Positions 1 to 8,609 of a stretch of DNA of 32,000 nucleotides are shown here, piece after piece. Source of the DNA: Candidatus Altimarinota bacterium (GTDB lineage Bacteria; Patescibacteriota; Gracilibacteria; UBA1369); assembly GCA_041659405.1 (NCBI GenBank), contig JBAZYK010000002.1, positions 30,001 to 62,000 of the forward strand, read 5' to 3'. Each line of letters opens with the position of its first letter. Positions within the stretch are counted from its first letter, which is position 1. The notes under the pieces are model-generated. The model was given only the letters and a program-made list of their open reading frames with translations. It did no database searches and was not told the origin of the DNA. Position numbers and translations under genes: made by a program.

Positions 1-322
1 AGAGCAAACCGGACCACCAGGTCAACACTCCTAAAAGTTGAAAAGCTAAAGATCCCACCGCCAAAAAAGTCAAAAGGACTCCTTGTCTGAAGGCAATATT
101 AATATGATTGTAGTAAATCTCGTTTTTGTTGAGCCAAACACGAAAATAAAAGCCAACAACCGTAAAAGTACAAATCAACGCTACAAAAAGGCTCAAGAAA
201 AATAACCCCAACGACACCCCCGTAGAAGCAAAGGGATCAAGTTTATTTAGAACCACAATCCAGGCAATCCAGCTTAAAACACCTGCGGATCCTATAATGG
301 CCAAATAACGATGATGTGACAT
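1..322 (-). CDS. Hypothetical small membrane protein, 3' end cut by window edge (absent from supplied ORF track)
   Basis: Hand translation of the minus strand from ATG at 322-320 gives MSHHRYLAIIGSAGVLSWIAWIVVLNKLDPFASTGVSLGLFFLSLFVALICTFTVVGFYFRVWLNKNEIYYNHINIAFRQGVLLTFLAVGSLAFQLLGVLTWWSGLL. That is 107 codons with no stop down to position 1. It has three to four hydrophobic helices. No family recognised. Confidence 0.5.
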   Translation of the reverse strand, partial: MSHHRYLAIIGSAGVLSWIAWIVVLNKLDPFASTGVSLGLFFLSLFVALICTFTVVGFYFRVWLNKNEIYYNHINIAFRQGVLLTFLAVGSLAFQLLGVLTWWSGLL

Positions 323-335
323 TTTAAAAACTTAA

Positions 336-1352
336 TTAATATTTCTTTTGTCTTTTAAGTACAAACTGAATAAAGAACAGAAACGCCCCCAAGATCAAGA
401 AAATAAAGGAAATCTTTCTAATTTCCGTAGTAAGAAAACTAAAAACATATTCCAAATAACGACCAAAATCTTCCGAATTGCCAAATGCCTGAAAAATATT
501 TGATCCACCATCTTTATAACTGGAAAATATTACCGGGATCAAAGATTGTAAAAGAAAACTGCTCAAGAAGCCAAGAATTCCACTTACAATAAACGCTACA
601 GATTCAAACCTTAGCATTAACGAAATCGGATAATAAATGATCAACGCAACAAAGAAAACCAAAGCAATCAAAGCAAAAAGTAAGTAAACTTTCAACCGAT
701 CAATCCACAAAAACATATAATAAAAAGCCTGATTTTTGCTTTTTGCACTGCTTAAATCAATCTGAACCTGCTGCGGCAAAAATGCATAAACGGTCTTTTC
801 AAACTGCTTCGAAATCGGAGCGGAAATATTTGCGTAATCCAAACCCTTTGGAACGCAGGTAGGAATCCCCTCCGCATTCACCTCAGGCAATTGATCTACC
901 TTACAAACAGGTAAACTTTGAAAAAGTTTATAAGCCAAATTATGAGTTACCGTTAACAAACTATCCTGAAAAACCTTCAAGGAAATAGCTACGGGAACGT
1001 CAGGTTTCTCTTTCAAACTAGCCATCTCCTGACCAAAATCCCCGGTCAACTTTCGTAAAATATCAATTTTAAAAACATTCTGAACCTCTTTTTTTACATC
1101 AACCAACTTAAAATGTCCCTGCAGTGTTGGATCGGCCTGATAAATATGGATGGAAACAGCATTTACAAAAAAGTCATAAGAGCCATCAACCACAGGCCCG
1201 GTATAAAAACTTGGCGAAAAATAGGTTTTCGACAAAGCATAAACCAAAAAAGTCGGCAAAGAAATAGCTATAAACAGGAAGACAAAAAACGCAGCAATAA
1301 TCCGACGAATAATCATGGCAAAAAATAATAACTCACACATTATAGAGTACAC
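336..1352 (-). CDS. Hypothetical multi-pass membrane protein
   Basis: 338-aa ORF with an N-terminal TM helix (IIAAFFVFLFIAISLPTFLVYAL), a ~170-aa soluble segment, then 4-5 C-terminal TM helices. The track start is GTG at 1352; the first ATG is at 1340. The topology loosely recalls ABC-2-type permeases, but no ATPase gene is adjacent and I recognise no family motif. Confidence 0.6.
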   Translation of the reverse strand: MYSIMCELLFFAMIIRRIIAAFFVFLFIAISLPTFLVYALSKTYFSPSFYTGPVVDGSYDFFVNAVSIHIYQADPTLQGHFKLVDVKKEVQNVFKIDILRKLTGDFGQEMASLKEKPDVPVAISLKVFQDSLLTVTHNLAYKLFQSLPVCKVDQLPEVNAEGIPTCVPKGLDYANISAPISKQFEKTVYAFLPQQVQIDLSSAKSKNQAFYYMFLWIDRLKVYLLFALIALVFFVALIIYYPISLMLRFESVAFIVSGILGFLSSFLLQSLIPVIFSSYKDGGSNIFQAFGNSEDFGRYLEYVFSFLTTEIRKISFIFLILGAFLFFIQFVLKRQKKY

Positions 1353-1387
1353 TTGGAAAAAACAGAAATTTTTTATCTAATTTGAAA

Positions 1388-2413
1388 TTAAACCAGACTT
1401 TTTTTTGTTGATTCCGGAAAAGACAGCTTTACCAATTCAGATTCATTGCCCTGGTTTGCCGGAACAATTTTCCAATGAACTTCTTTTTGAAGTCTTCCCG
1501 GAATGCTAAATCCTGCGGCTTTTTTATGTCCTCCTCCTCCAAACTGACCTGCCAGTGCGGCTAAATCAACATCATCACGCTGCGTTCTAAACGAACCTTT
1601 AACATTACCATGCTCGTCTTCATTCAATAAAACTGTAAATTTAGATCCGGGTACGGAATTCAAGAAATCAACCACACCGGAAATTTCATCGGGACCCGCG
1701 CCACACTCTTTAAAATCCTTCCAGGTGACAACGGAAAGCGTAACACCTTCATCATTAACTCGCGCATTCTCTAAAACTCTTCCCCAAAGTTTTAAAGTTG
1801 AAACCGGATTGGTGCGAAAAAGATTTTTAGAAACCTGATGGATTTTTCCACCTTTTTCCATAAGTTTGCCGGTAATCTCAAAAACCTCAATTGTCGTATT
1901 GGAATGCATTAAACTGCCTGTATCATTATAAATTCCGCATAAAAGCGCAGTAGCAATACTTGGCGTAATGCGTAATCCCACAAATTCAAAAAATTTATAT
2001 AACAGGACGGTTGTTGAAGCACAATGCGAATCAACCGCATTCACTTTTCCAAAATCGTCATTGGATGCATGATGGTCAAAATTAATCACCGGAACTTCAC
2101 TCTTAAAAATATCGGGATAAACAGTATGGTAATTCGTCATATAAGAAGCACCCGCATCGGACACAATGATCAAATCATAGTCTCTAAAATTAAATTTACG
2201 TATAACCTTATCCATATCCGCCATAAAGCGAAAACGCTCCGGAACTTCATCAATACAGGCCATATCAACCTTTTTACCAAGCTGTTGCTCCAGAGCCAAA
2301 TGCAAAGCGCAGGAAGATCCAAGCGTATCGCCATCCGGTCTTTTGTGTGAGATAGAAAGGATCTTTTGAGCCTTATCTATCAGCTTTTTGGCTTGTATAA
2401 AATTTTCCTCCAT
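1388..2413 (-). CDS. nrnA: DHH/DHHA1-family phosphoesterase (NrnA-like oligoribonuclease / pAp phosphatase)
   Basis: 341 aa. DHH-family motifs are present: HKRPDGDTLGS, IIVSDAG, NFDHHASN. The DHHA1 motif GGGGHKKAAG is also present. Confidence 0.85.
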   Translation of the reverse strand: MEENFIQAKKLIDKAQKILSISHKRPDGDTLGSSCALHLALEQQLGKKVDMACIDEVPERFRFMADMDKVIRKFNFRDYDLIIVSDAGASYMTNYHTVYPDIFKSEVPVINFDHHASNDDFGKVNAVDSHCASTTVLLYKFFEFVGLRITPSIATALLCGIYNDTGSLMHSNTTIEVFEITGKLMEKGGKIHQVSKNLFRTNPVSTLKLWGRVLENARVNDEGVTLSVVTWKDFKECGAGPDEISGVVDFLNSVPGSKFTVLLNEDEHGNVKGSFRTQRDDVDLAALAGQFGGGGHKKAAGFSIPGRLQKEVHWKIVPANQGNESELVKLSFPESTKKSLV

Positions 2414-2539
2414 AGATTTAAGTATTTGCTTTGTAAGAGTCGGATCTTAACTCATTGAAATAAACTTTGCAAGATAAGCTGACATAAAAAACATATTTTG
2501 TTATGATGAGCTAAAAAAAATGATTTAATATATACAAAA

Positions 2540-3499
2540 ATGACACCAGAACGCCTTAAAATTATTTTCATGGGAACGCCGGAAATAGCTGTCCCCTGCC
2601 TTGAAAGTCTCTACAACTGCGATGGATTTGAAATTTCCGCAGTTGTAACGCAAGAAGACAAAAAAGTGGGACGAAAACAGGAAATCGAAGCTCCACCTGT
2701 TAAAATATGGGCTCTAAAACACAATTTACCGGTTTTACAACCACCAATTATCAAGAATAATAAGGAATTCCTAAAGGTGCTAAAAGCCCTAAATCCGGAT
2801 TTTATTGTTGTTATTGCCTTTGGCAAGATTTTGCCCGAGGAAGTTTTGAATCTTCCAAAATATGACAGTATAAATATTCATGTTTCACTTTTGCCCAAAT
2901 ACCGCGGAGCCTCACCAATTGAAGAGGCGCTGCTTAACGGCGATAAAGAAACCGGCATCAGCATCATGAAAATGGAAGAAAAACTGGACACAGGTCCGAT
3001 TTATTTTGTTAAAAAGCTGCAAATCGAACCGGAAGATAATGCCGAAACTTTAAGGATTAAATTAAGTCTTTTGGCGGGTGCGGCTATTCCAATCATTCTA
3101 AAAGAGATCAGTGAAGGTAATTTAAAAGCTATTCCCCAAAATGAAAGCAAAGCAACTCATTGCCATAAAATCACCAAGGAAGATGGCTTAATCAACCTTC
3201 AAAGCATGGGTGCCGAAGAAATCGACAACAGGATAAAGGCCTACACTCCCTGGCCGGCTTGTCACCTGTTTATTGAAAATAAAAGATTTAAAATTCTGGA
3301 AGCAAAGATAGATTTAAGCAAAAATGAAGAGTCGGGCAAAGTCATTGATATCGATAAAAATTCCATCGCGATTGGAACCAAAAAGGGACTACTAATCCCA
3401 CTAAAAGTTCAACTTGAAGGCAAACCGGCAATGGACATTCAGGATTTTTTGCTGGGCAATCGAAAACTACTTAAAAACTCGCTGGTTAATCCCAAATAG
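2540..3499 (+). CDS. fmt: Methionyl-tRNA formyltransferase
   Basis: 319 aa. N-terminus IIFMGTPEIAVPCLESL and catalytic region NIHVSLLPKYRGASPIEEALLNGDKETGISIMKMEEKLDTGPI, followed by a C-terminal Fmt domain. Confidence 0.95.
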   Translation: MTPERLKIIFMGTPEIAVPCLESLYNCDGFEISAVVTQEDKKVGRKQEIEAPPVKIWALKHNLPVLQPPIIKNNKEFLKVLKALNPDFIVVIAFGKILPEEVLNLPKYDSINIHVSLLPKYRGASPIEEALLNGDKETGISIMKMEEKLDTGPIYFVKKLQIEPEDNAETLRIKLSLLAGAAIPIILKEISEGNLKAIPQNESKATHCHKITKEDGLINLQSMGAEEIDNRIKAYTPWPACHLFIENKRFKILEAKIDLSKNEESGKVIDIDKNSIAIGTKKGLLIPLKVQLEGKPAMDIQDFLLGNRKLLKNSLVNPK

Positions 3500-4815
3500 A
3501 AAAACAGCAGGAATAACCCCGGATAAAGCGAAAAGAAGTAATGATCAAACAAACTTACGGTAGCAATTGATGACAGTAGCGCAATGTAGATGTATGCCTG
3601 CATTTTTTGCTGCTCGTTGCAATCTTTTATCACCGCAACCAGTCTATAGAAAACATAGCCCAAAACAGCCATGAATAAAGCAAAAGTTATCAATCCCCCT
3701 TCATTCGCCACCAATAAGTAAACATTATGCACCGGCTGATAAATCCAAGGCGCAATTTTTGACAAAGAATAATTTTGCATATTAACGGTAAAACCGCCCA
3801 AACCAACTCCAAACGGATTATCAAACAACATCAATTTGCCAATGCCAAGATACAAAGTTCGCTCCTGATCGGAATTTAAATCACCCAACAAAAAACGCTG
3901 AAAAAAGACACTTTCCAGATTAAAAAGAACCACGAAAAAAGCGACAAGGCTAATAATCAAAAAAATCAGCTTATATGGGAATTTTTTATTACTTACGGCA
4001 AAATAGATCATAAATGCTGCAAACAAGCCAAAAAGCGCACTTCTGGAAAAACATAGTAAGAGCGCAATCATAAATAATGATAAAAACAGGCTCTTTAAAA
4101 CCAAAGGCCATTTTTTAAAAAGCCAAACAAAAATTAAGGCCATCATTAAGGTTCCGCCCAAGACATTTGCATGCGGAAAAGTTCCAAAAGCCCGTAAAAC
4201 CTTACCACCACCAACATCAATTTTAGCTACCCCCAAGGTTGAAGAATTTGCAATTGGCTCACCAAAAACACGCAAGCCCAAAGAGCCCTGAACAAAATAC
4301 TGCAAGATCGCCAAAAATGCCTGAAAACCAACCGAAATTAAAAAAATAACAATCATTTTTTTCCAAGGAATCAGCTTCTGCACGATCAAAAAATAAAAAG
4401 CCACAAATTCCAATAGCCTAAACAAAAGCATAAAATGGAGCATTCTGTTTTCTATCCAGATAGTTTCAATTGAAAGTGCCCCAAGAAACAGTAAAAGCAG
4501 GAAAGTTAAATAATGGTCACCAAATTGCAAAGATATCTTGGCGGAATCTTCTTGATTTTTTTTTATGACATTTTGATGGAAATAGGCCAACCCCCAAAAA
4601 AACAAGGCCAGAACCAAAAAAAGATCATTGATATATACAAAAAAAGAAGTGAACTCGTTGAAATTACCGGTAAGATAATAAGACCCGGAATAAACCAGAG
4701 TCCTAATCTGAAACGGAAAAAATAAAATAAAAAGCGCCAGAAATCCCTGACTGAATTTGATCAAAGAAAGATTTCTGAAAACTGTCTTAAAATAAGCAGT
4801 CTTCAACATATTCAA
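3439..4815 (-). CDS. O-antigen ligase / Wzy_C-family polytopic membrane protein
   Basis: 458 aa with roughly 10-12 hydrophobic helices. The segment LLLCFSRSALFGLFAAF and a following loop are typical of O-antigen ligase/polymerase-like (Wzy_C) proteins. The track start is TTG at 4815; the first ATG is at 4809 (MLKTAYFK). The 3' end overlaps fmt convergently by 61 nt. Confidence 0.7.
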   Translation of the reverse strand: MNMLKTAYFKTVFRNLSLIKFSQGFLALFILFFPFQIRTLVYSGSYYLTGNFNEFTSFFVYINDLFLVLALFFWGLAYFHQNVIKKNQEDSAKISLQFGDHYLTFLLLLFLGALSIETIWIENRMLHFMLLFRLLEFVAFYFLIVQKLIPWKKMIVIFLISVGFQAFLAILQYFVQGSLGLRVFGEPIANSSTLGVAKIDVGGGKVLRAFGTFPHANVLGGTLMMALIFVWLFKKWPLVLKSLFLSLFMIALLLCFSRSALFGLFAAFMIYFAVSNKKFPYKLIFLIISLVAFFVVLFNLESVFFQRFLLGDLNSDQERTLYLGIGKLMLFDNPFGVGLGGFTVNMQNYSLSKIAPWIYQPVHNVYLLVANEGGLITFALFMAVLGYVFYRLVAVIKDCNEQQKMQAYIYIALLSSIATVSLFDHYFFSLYPGLFLLFFYLGLTSEFLSSFRLPSKKS

Positions 4816-6303
4816 TTATTTAGTTGGTGTCGTTATTTTTGAATTTGATTGCTGAGTCCCCGTACTTCCACCGGCTTTCGGAGTTGGATTTTTAGGTATC
4901 AAACCTCCAGTTGGAAGTAATTTAGAGATCGCCTCCTGAGCAATTTTCATAGCCTCCGAAGGATCAACCGTATTCAAAACACTATCGATTGCTTTAGAGA
5001 AAATGTCGCTATAGGCCTGCTCATCATAAATCGGGAAACTATCGGCAAAACCAATCTGTTCTGCGAAAGGACCATAAATAACATCGGTTTTTTGCTCATT
5101 GATAAGATCACGACGGCTGGTTGGACGATGAGTTTTTTGATTATAAACCTGCAATGAATTTTTAGAACTTAAAAACATCAGGAAATCCCAGGCTTCCTGT
5201 GAATGCTGCGATGTTCTGGCAACCGTTTCCGCATAATAGGAAGCAAGTGCTCCACGCTTATCCTGAGAAGTTGCCGGATCCTGAACCTGCGGAACAACAC
5301 TTACACGAATATTATTTGGATCGATTGTTTGCACACCTTTATCTTTTAAATCCTTAATTTCAGCCTTTATCTGTTCATACAAATACGAGTACCCAAAAAC
5401 CATTGCAACCTTTCCCTTAGCGAAAGTTTCCATGTCTTTTACATTTGAAGCACTATCTGCCAAATAGTTATTCCAGGAATAATTTTTTTGGTTTGAAAGC
5501 GCAAAACTTGTATAAAGACGCATAGCTTCAACAGCGGGATTTACGCCAAAACCTGTATTACTCATTATTTGCTGTTCGGCAAAAGTAGCCTTGGAAACAT
5601 TTGAATTATAAAATTGGGATTTGAATTGCAGCATCAACATGTAAAGAATATCAACCGCTCTGGCAATATTGTCTGACCTGCCCATGGCAATTCCGGAAAC
5701 TTTAAAACGCTCAAAACTATTGTCTTTTTTGGTAAGCTGAAAAACATCTTCCTTCAAAGCATCCCAGGTAGTAGCCGGACGACCACTGCTTGGGAGCGCA
5801 TCTTCGTAAAGAGCTTTGTTATAATAAAGCGCAAGAGTATCAACCGTTAAAGGCAAACCAAAAACCTTATTTTGACCGTCTGTTGGATCAGCTAAAACCA
5901 AATCTTTAGAAGCAACATTAACAAAAGTCTGGTCAAACTGCTGAGGATTCATTTTATTTAAAGGCAGTGGTTCTATTTTTTTTACATTTTTTAAAAACCA
6001 GGAATTAGGTGCGGAAAAAAGATCAGGCCCCTGTCCTTCGGCCAACTCATTTAAAAGCAATTTTTGATATTCAACCGGATCAACAAACTTGCGATAAGTA
6101 ATGGAAACATTGGGATGAGTAGCCTGATATTGGCTGATTAAAGGCTGAATAACATCCTCGTTGTCAAAAAGCTTATAATAAACAAGCTTAATCTGTTTTG
6201 AATTGGCATTTGGCGCCGGCTTATCTTTTTGAATACATCCCCCCAGAATTGTTGATGACATCGTTACAAGAAGCAAAACAGCTGAAAGACGTTTGATATT
6301 CAT
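4816..6303 (-). CDS. Extracellular solute-binding lipoprotein (family-1, sugar/MalE-like ABC substrate-binding protein), orphan
   Basis: 495 aa. Signal peptide plus lipobox MNIKRLSAVLLLVTMSSTILGG/C. Size and overall pattern fit family-1 SBPs. The C-terminal tail is S/T/P-rich: PKNPTPKAGGSTGTQQSNSKITTPTK. No permease or ATPase gene lies nearby. Confidence 0.75.
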   Translation of the reverse strand: MNIKRLSAVLLLVTMSSTILGGCIQKDKPAPNANSKQIKLVYYKLFDNEDVIQPLISQYQATHPNVSITYRKFVDPVEYQKLLLNELAEGQGPDLFSAPNSWFLKNVKKIEPLPLNKMNPQQFDQTFVNVASKDLVLADPTDGQNKVFGLPLTVDTLALYYNKALYEDALPSSGRPATTWDALKEDVFQLTKKDNSFERFKVSGIAMGRSDNIARAVDILYMLMLQFKSQFYNSNVSKATFAEQQIMSNTGFGVNPAVEAMRLYTSFALSNQKNYSWNNYLADSASNVKDMETFAKGKVAMVFGYSYLYEQIKAEIKDLKDKGVQTIDPNNIRVSVVPQVQDPATSQDKRGALASYYAETVARTSQHSQEAWDFLMFLSSKNSLQVYNQKTHRPTSRRDLINEQKTDVIYGPFAEQIGFADSFPIYDEQAYSDIFSKAIDSVLNTVDPSEAMKIAQEAISKLLPTGGLIPKNPTPKAGGSTGTQQSNSKITTPTK

Positions 6304-6378
6304 AAAAAAAGCTCTAAAAAAATACCTCCAACATTATATGGAAAATTAGTTGCTACGTAAAGCAAAAGCTGCAACAAA

Positions 6379-7302
6379 CTACCCTAAAAAGGAAGCATAT
6401 TTCTGTTTACCTTTCTTCAAACCATCCAGAAAATATTTTTTGGAAAGAGCGTAATAATAAAAAGGCTTGGAAATATAGCGGAAAAAGAAAATAACCGGGC
6501 CAAAAGCCAAAATTGAGAAGATAGTTCTTTTCCAAAAACCGGGAACTTTTTTAAGTTCAGGATATTTATGATGAAAAAGCCAAACTGACTCACCTATGTT
6601 ACGCATACGATTTGCCAGCCCTTCTTCGGTCATTGGGTGGTCATGATAGCCAATAGCCTGAGAATTATAATAAAGTTTCAAATTTTCACGCTTAGTCAGA
6701 CGATACCCAAGTTCAATATCTTCCCATCCATAACCGGAAAAAGAAGGATCAAAAGGATACTTGTCCAAAAGCGAACGCTTGAGGGAAATATTTGAAGTGT
6801 AGAAAAAATTAAAATCCGCTTCAGTTTTTCCCAAAAGTTTTTCATAAGCAAATTGATGTCCACCAAACTTTCCAAAGATTGATGAACCATTAGTCATCCA
6901 CTTCATAAATTTATTTACCTTCAATTTTGGATGCCAAAGAGTTAAACCCAAAACCGCTTCGTTTTCATTTGAATGGCGCAAGTGTAAGCGCAAATGTTCA
7001 CTCAAAAGATTTTGAGCGGGAATAATATCATCACCTAAAAAAAGAATGATTTGCCCCTTGGCATGATGAACTCCCAAATTTCTGGCAACTCCCTGTCCTT
7101 GATTCCTTTGGTAATAATAATGAATCCCCTCGTATCTTGGCTGAAAAGCCTTCACCACTTCTTTGGTGTTATCTCTGCTTCCATCATCAACAACCACAAT
7201 TTCAAAATCGCTAGACGGAAGATCCTGTCTAAGCAGAGCGCTCAAACACTCCTTTAGGATATTAGCCCGATTGTAGGTTGGGATAACAACACTCAAAATC
7301 AT
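6379..7302 (-). CDS. Family-2 glycosyltransferase (GT-A fold)
   Basis: Motifs VVIPTYNRANILKECLSALLRQ, VVDDGSRDNT and FLGDDI. I prefer the ATG at 7302 (MILSVVIPTYN) over the track TTG at 7320, because 7320 lies inside the perfect hairpin 7312-7338. Confidence 0.85.
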   Translation of the reverse strand: MILSVVIPTYNRANILKECLSALLRQDLPSSDFEIVVVDDGSRDNTKEVVKAFQPRYEGIHYYYQRNQGQGVARNLGVHHAKGQIILFLGDDIIPAQNLLSEHLRLHLRHSNENEAVLGLTLWHPKLKVNKFMKWMTNGSSIFGKFGGHQFAYEKLLGKTEADFNFFYTSNISLKRSLLDKYPFDPSFSGYGWEDIELGYRLTKRENLKLYYNSQAIGYHDHPMTEEGLANRMRNIGESVWLFHHKYPELKKVPGFWKRTIFSILAFGPVIFFFRYISKPFYYYALSKKYFLDGLKKGKQKYASFLG

Positions 7303-7311
7303 ACAGCAGCA

Positions 7312-7338
7312 TTGTAGCAAAGCCGGGCCTTGCTACAA
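7312..7338 (-). terminator. Perfect 9-bp stem / 9-nt loop hairpin between ssb and the GT2 gene
   Basis: TTGTAGCAA (7312-7320) / AGCCGGGCC / TTGCTACAA (7330-7338) are exact reverse complements. It lies 57 nt downstream of the ssb stop and 9 nt upstream of the GT2 ATG at 7302. No immediate U-tract follows on the minus strand (UGCUGCUGUAUGAUUUU), so a terminator role is uncertain. Confidence 0.35.
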
Positions 7339-7395
7339 AGTGCTGTTTAATTTTAAAGATTGCCAAAGTCAAAAACACAGATCGGATGGCACAAT

Positions 7396-7779
7396 TTAGG
7401 CTTCCGTAGAAACTTCCTGCAATTGAATTTCGCCACCTTCTTTGTTCTTTTTGTAACTGATAAAGTTTACAACATCCGCAACAATTTCAGTAGTCAGATG
7501 ATCTTTGCCATCCTTACCTTCATAATGATGATTCATAATTTTGCCTTCCAGATAAACCGGCGAACCCTTTTTTAAATAGAGCGCGCAGACTTCCCCCAGC
7601 TTTCTCCAGGCAACAATTTTATGAAAATCCGTAGCCTCGTGATGCTCACCATCACTCCCCTGCCAATCGCGATGAATAGCAACGCGAAACCTGGCCAGAT
7701 TTTGCCCCTTTTGAGTAACCTTTGCTTCTGGATCAGCGGCAAGATGACCCATCAGTACAACTTTGTTTACACTTCTCAT
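7396..7779 (-). CDS. ssb: Single-stranded DNA-binding protein (short form, no canonical C-terminal tip)
   Basis: 127 aa. OB-fold N-terminus MRSVNKVVLMGHLAADPEAKVTQKGQNLARFRVA...FHKIVAWRKLGEVCALYLKKGSPVYLEGKI. The protein ends ...GGEIQLQEVSTEA, without a D-D-[IL]-P-F tip. Confidence 0.9.
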   Translation of the reverse strand: MRSVNKVVLMGHLAADPEAKVTQKGQNLARFRVAIHRDWQGSDGEHHEATDFHKIVAWRKLGEVCALYLKKGSPVYLEGKIMNHHYEGKDGKDHLTTEIVADVVNFISYKKNKEGGEIQLQEVSTEA

Positions 7780-7939
7780 AAGAAAAGAGATTAAAAAATA
7801 AGTAAGCTAAAAATAACAAAAAGTTATTAAAAAAAACTAAACCGGAAGTGAAATAAATCTAAAATGATCACCACAAATTAAAAAGATTGCTTTTTTGCCA
7901 ATTTTCGTCAGAATGGAGCCACAAAGTAATTATTTTTTT

Positions 7940-8572
7940 ATGTTCACGGGGATTATTCAAGAAGTAGGGTCAATCAAAAAAATCAGTGATTCTGGCCAAA
8001 ACAAGCTCATCAGCATTGAATCAACAGTCGTAAGCAACCTTAAAATTGGCGGCTCAATCAGCGTTGATGGCGCCTGCTTAACCATTATTGCCAAAAATGA
8101 AAACGGCTTCGATGCCGAAATGATCCCGGAAACTCTTCAAAAAACCATTGCTCAAAATTATCAAACCGGAACAAAAGTTAATCTTGAGCCGGCAATGCAA
8201 TTAAGTGATCGCCTGGATGGACACATGGTAAGCGGACACATTGATTTTAAGGCCCAAGTCCAAAGCATCGAAAAAGAAGAAAATGGCTATGTCATAACCA
8301 TTAATTTCCCTCCGGAGTATCAAAAATATATCGCCATGAAAGGATCAATTACCATCAATGGCGTCAGTTTAACCGTTTCCAAATTGCACGCAAACGCCTT
8401 TGAAGTTAGCTTAATTCCGCATTCACTAGCCAATACCAATTTGGGCGAACTAACCAAAGAATCCGAAGTAAATATAGAAATAGATCTTTTGGCCAGATAC
8501 CTTGAAAATTTATTGGGAGCTAAAGACCAACAAATCACTTACCAGTTTTTACAGGAACGCGGCTTTATTTAA
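7940..8572 (+). CDS. ribE: Riboflavin synthase (alpha chain)
   Basis: Canonical N-terminus MFTGIIQEVGSI, with the second repeat starting HMVSGHIDFKAQV (two lumazine-binding repeats). The ATG at 7940 is chosen; the track start (TTG 7895) adds a non-homologous 15-aa extension. Confidence 0.9.
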   Translation: MFTGIIQEVGSIKKISDSGQNKLISIESTVVSNLKIGGSISVDGACLTIIAKNENGFDAEMIPETLQKTIAQNYQTGTKVNLEPAMQLSDRLDGHMVSGHIDFKAQVQSIEKEENGYVITINFPPEYQKYIAMKGSITINGVSLTVSKLHANAFEVSLIPHSLANTNLGELTKESEVNIEIDLLARYLENLLGAKDQQITYQFLQERGFI

Positions 8573-8609
8573 GCTAAAACATTCGTTTTTTTTGATAACA
8601 ATTATCTGC

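Noticed and set aside
7780-7939. Possible FMN (RFN) riboswitch upstream of ribE
   Set aside because: The region is almost pure A/T with no GC-rich conserved helices, and it is too featureless for an RFN element by eye. An Rfam scan would be decisive.
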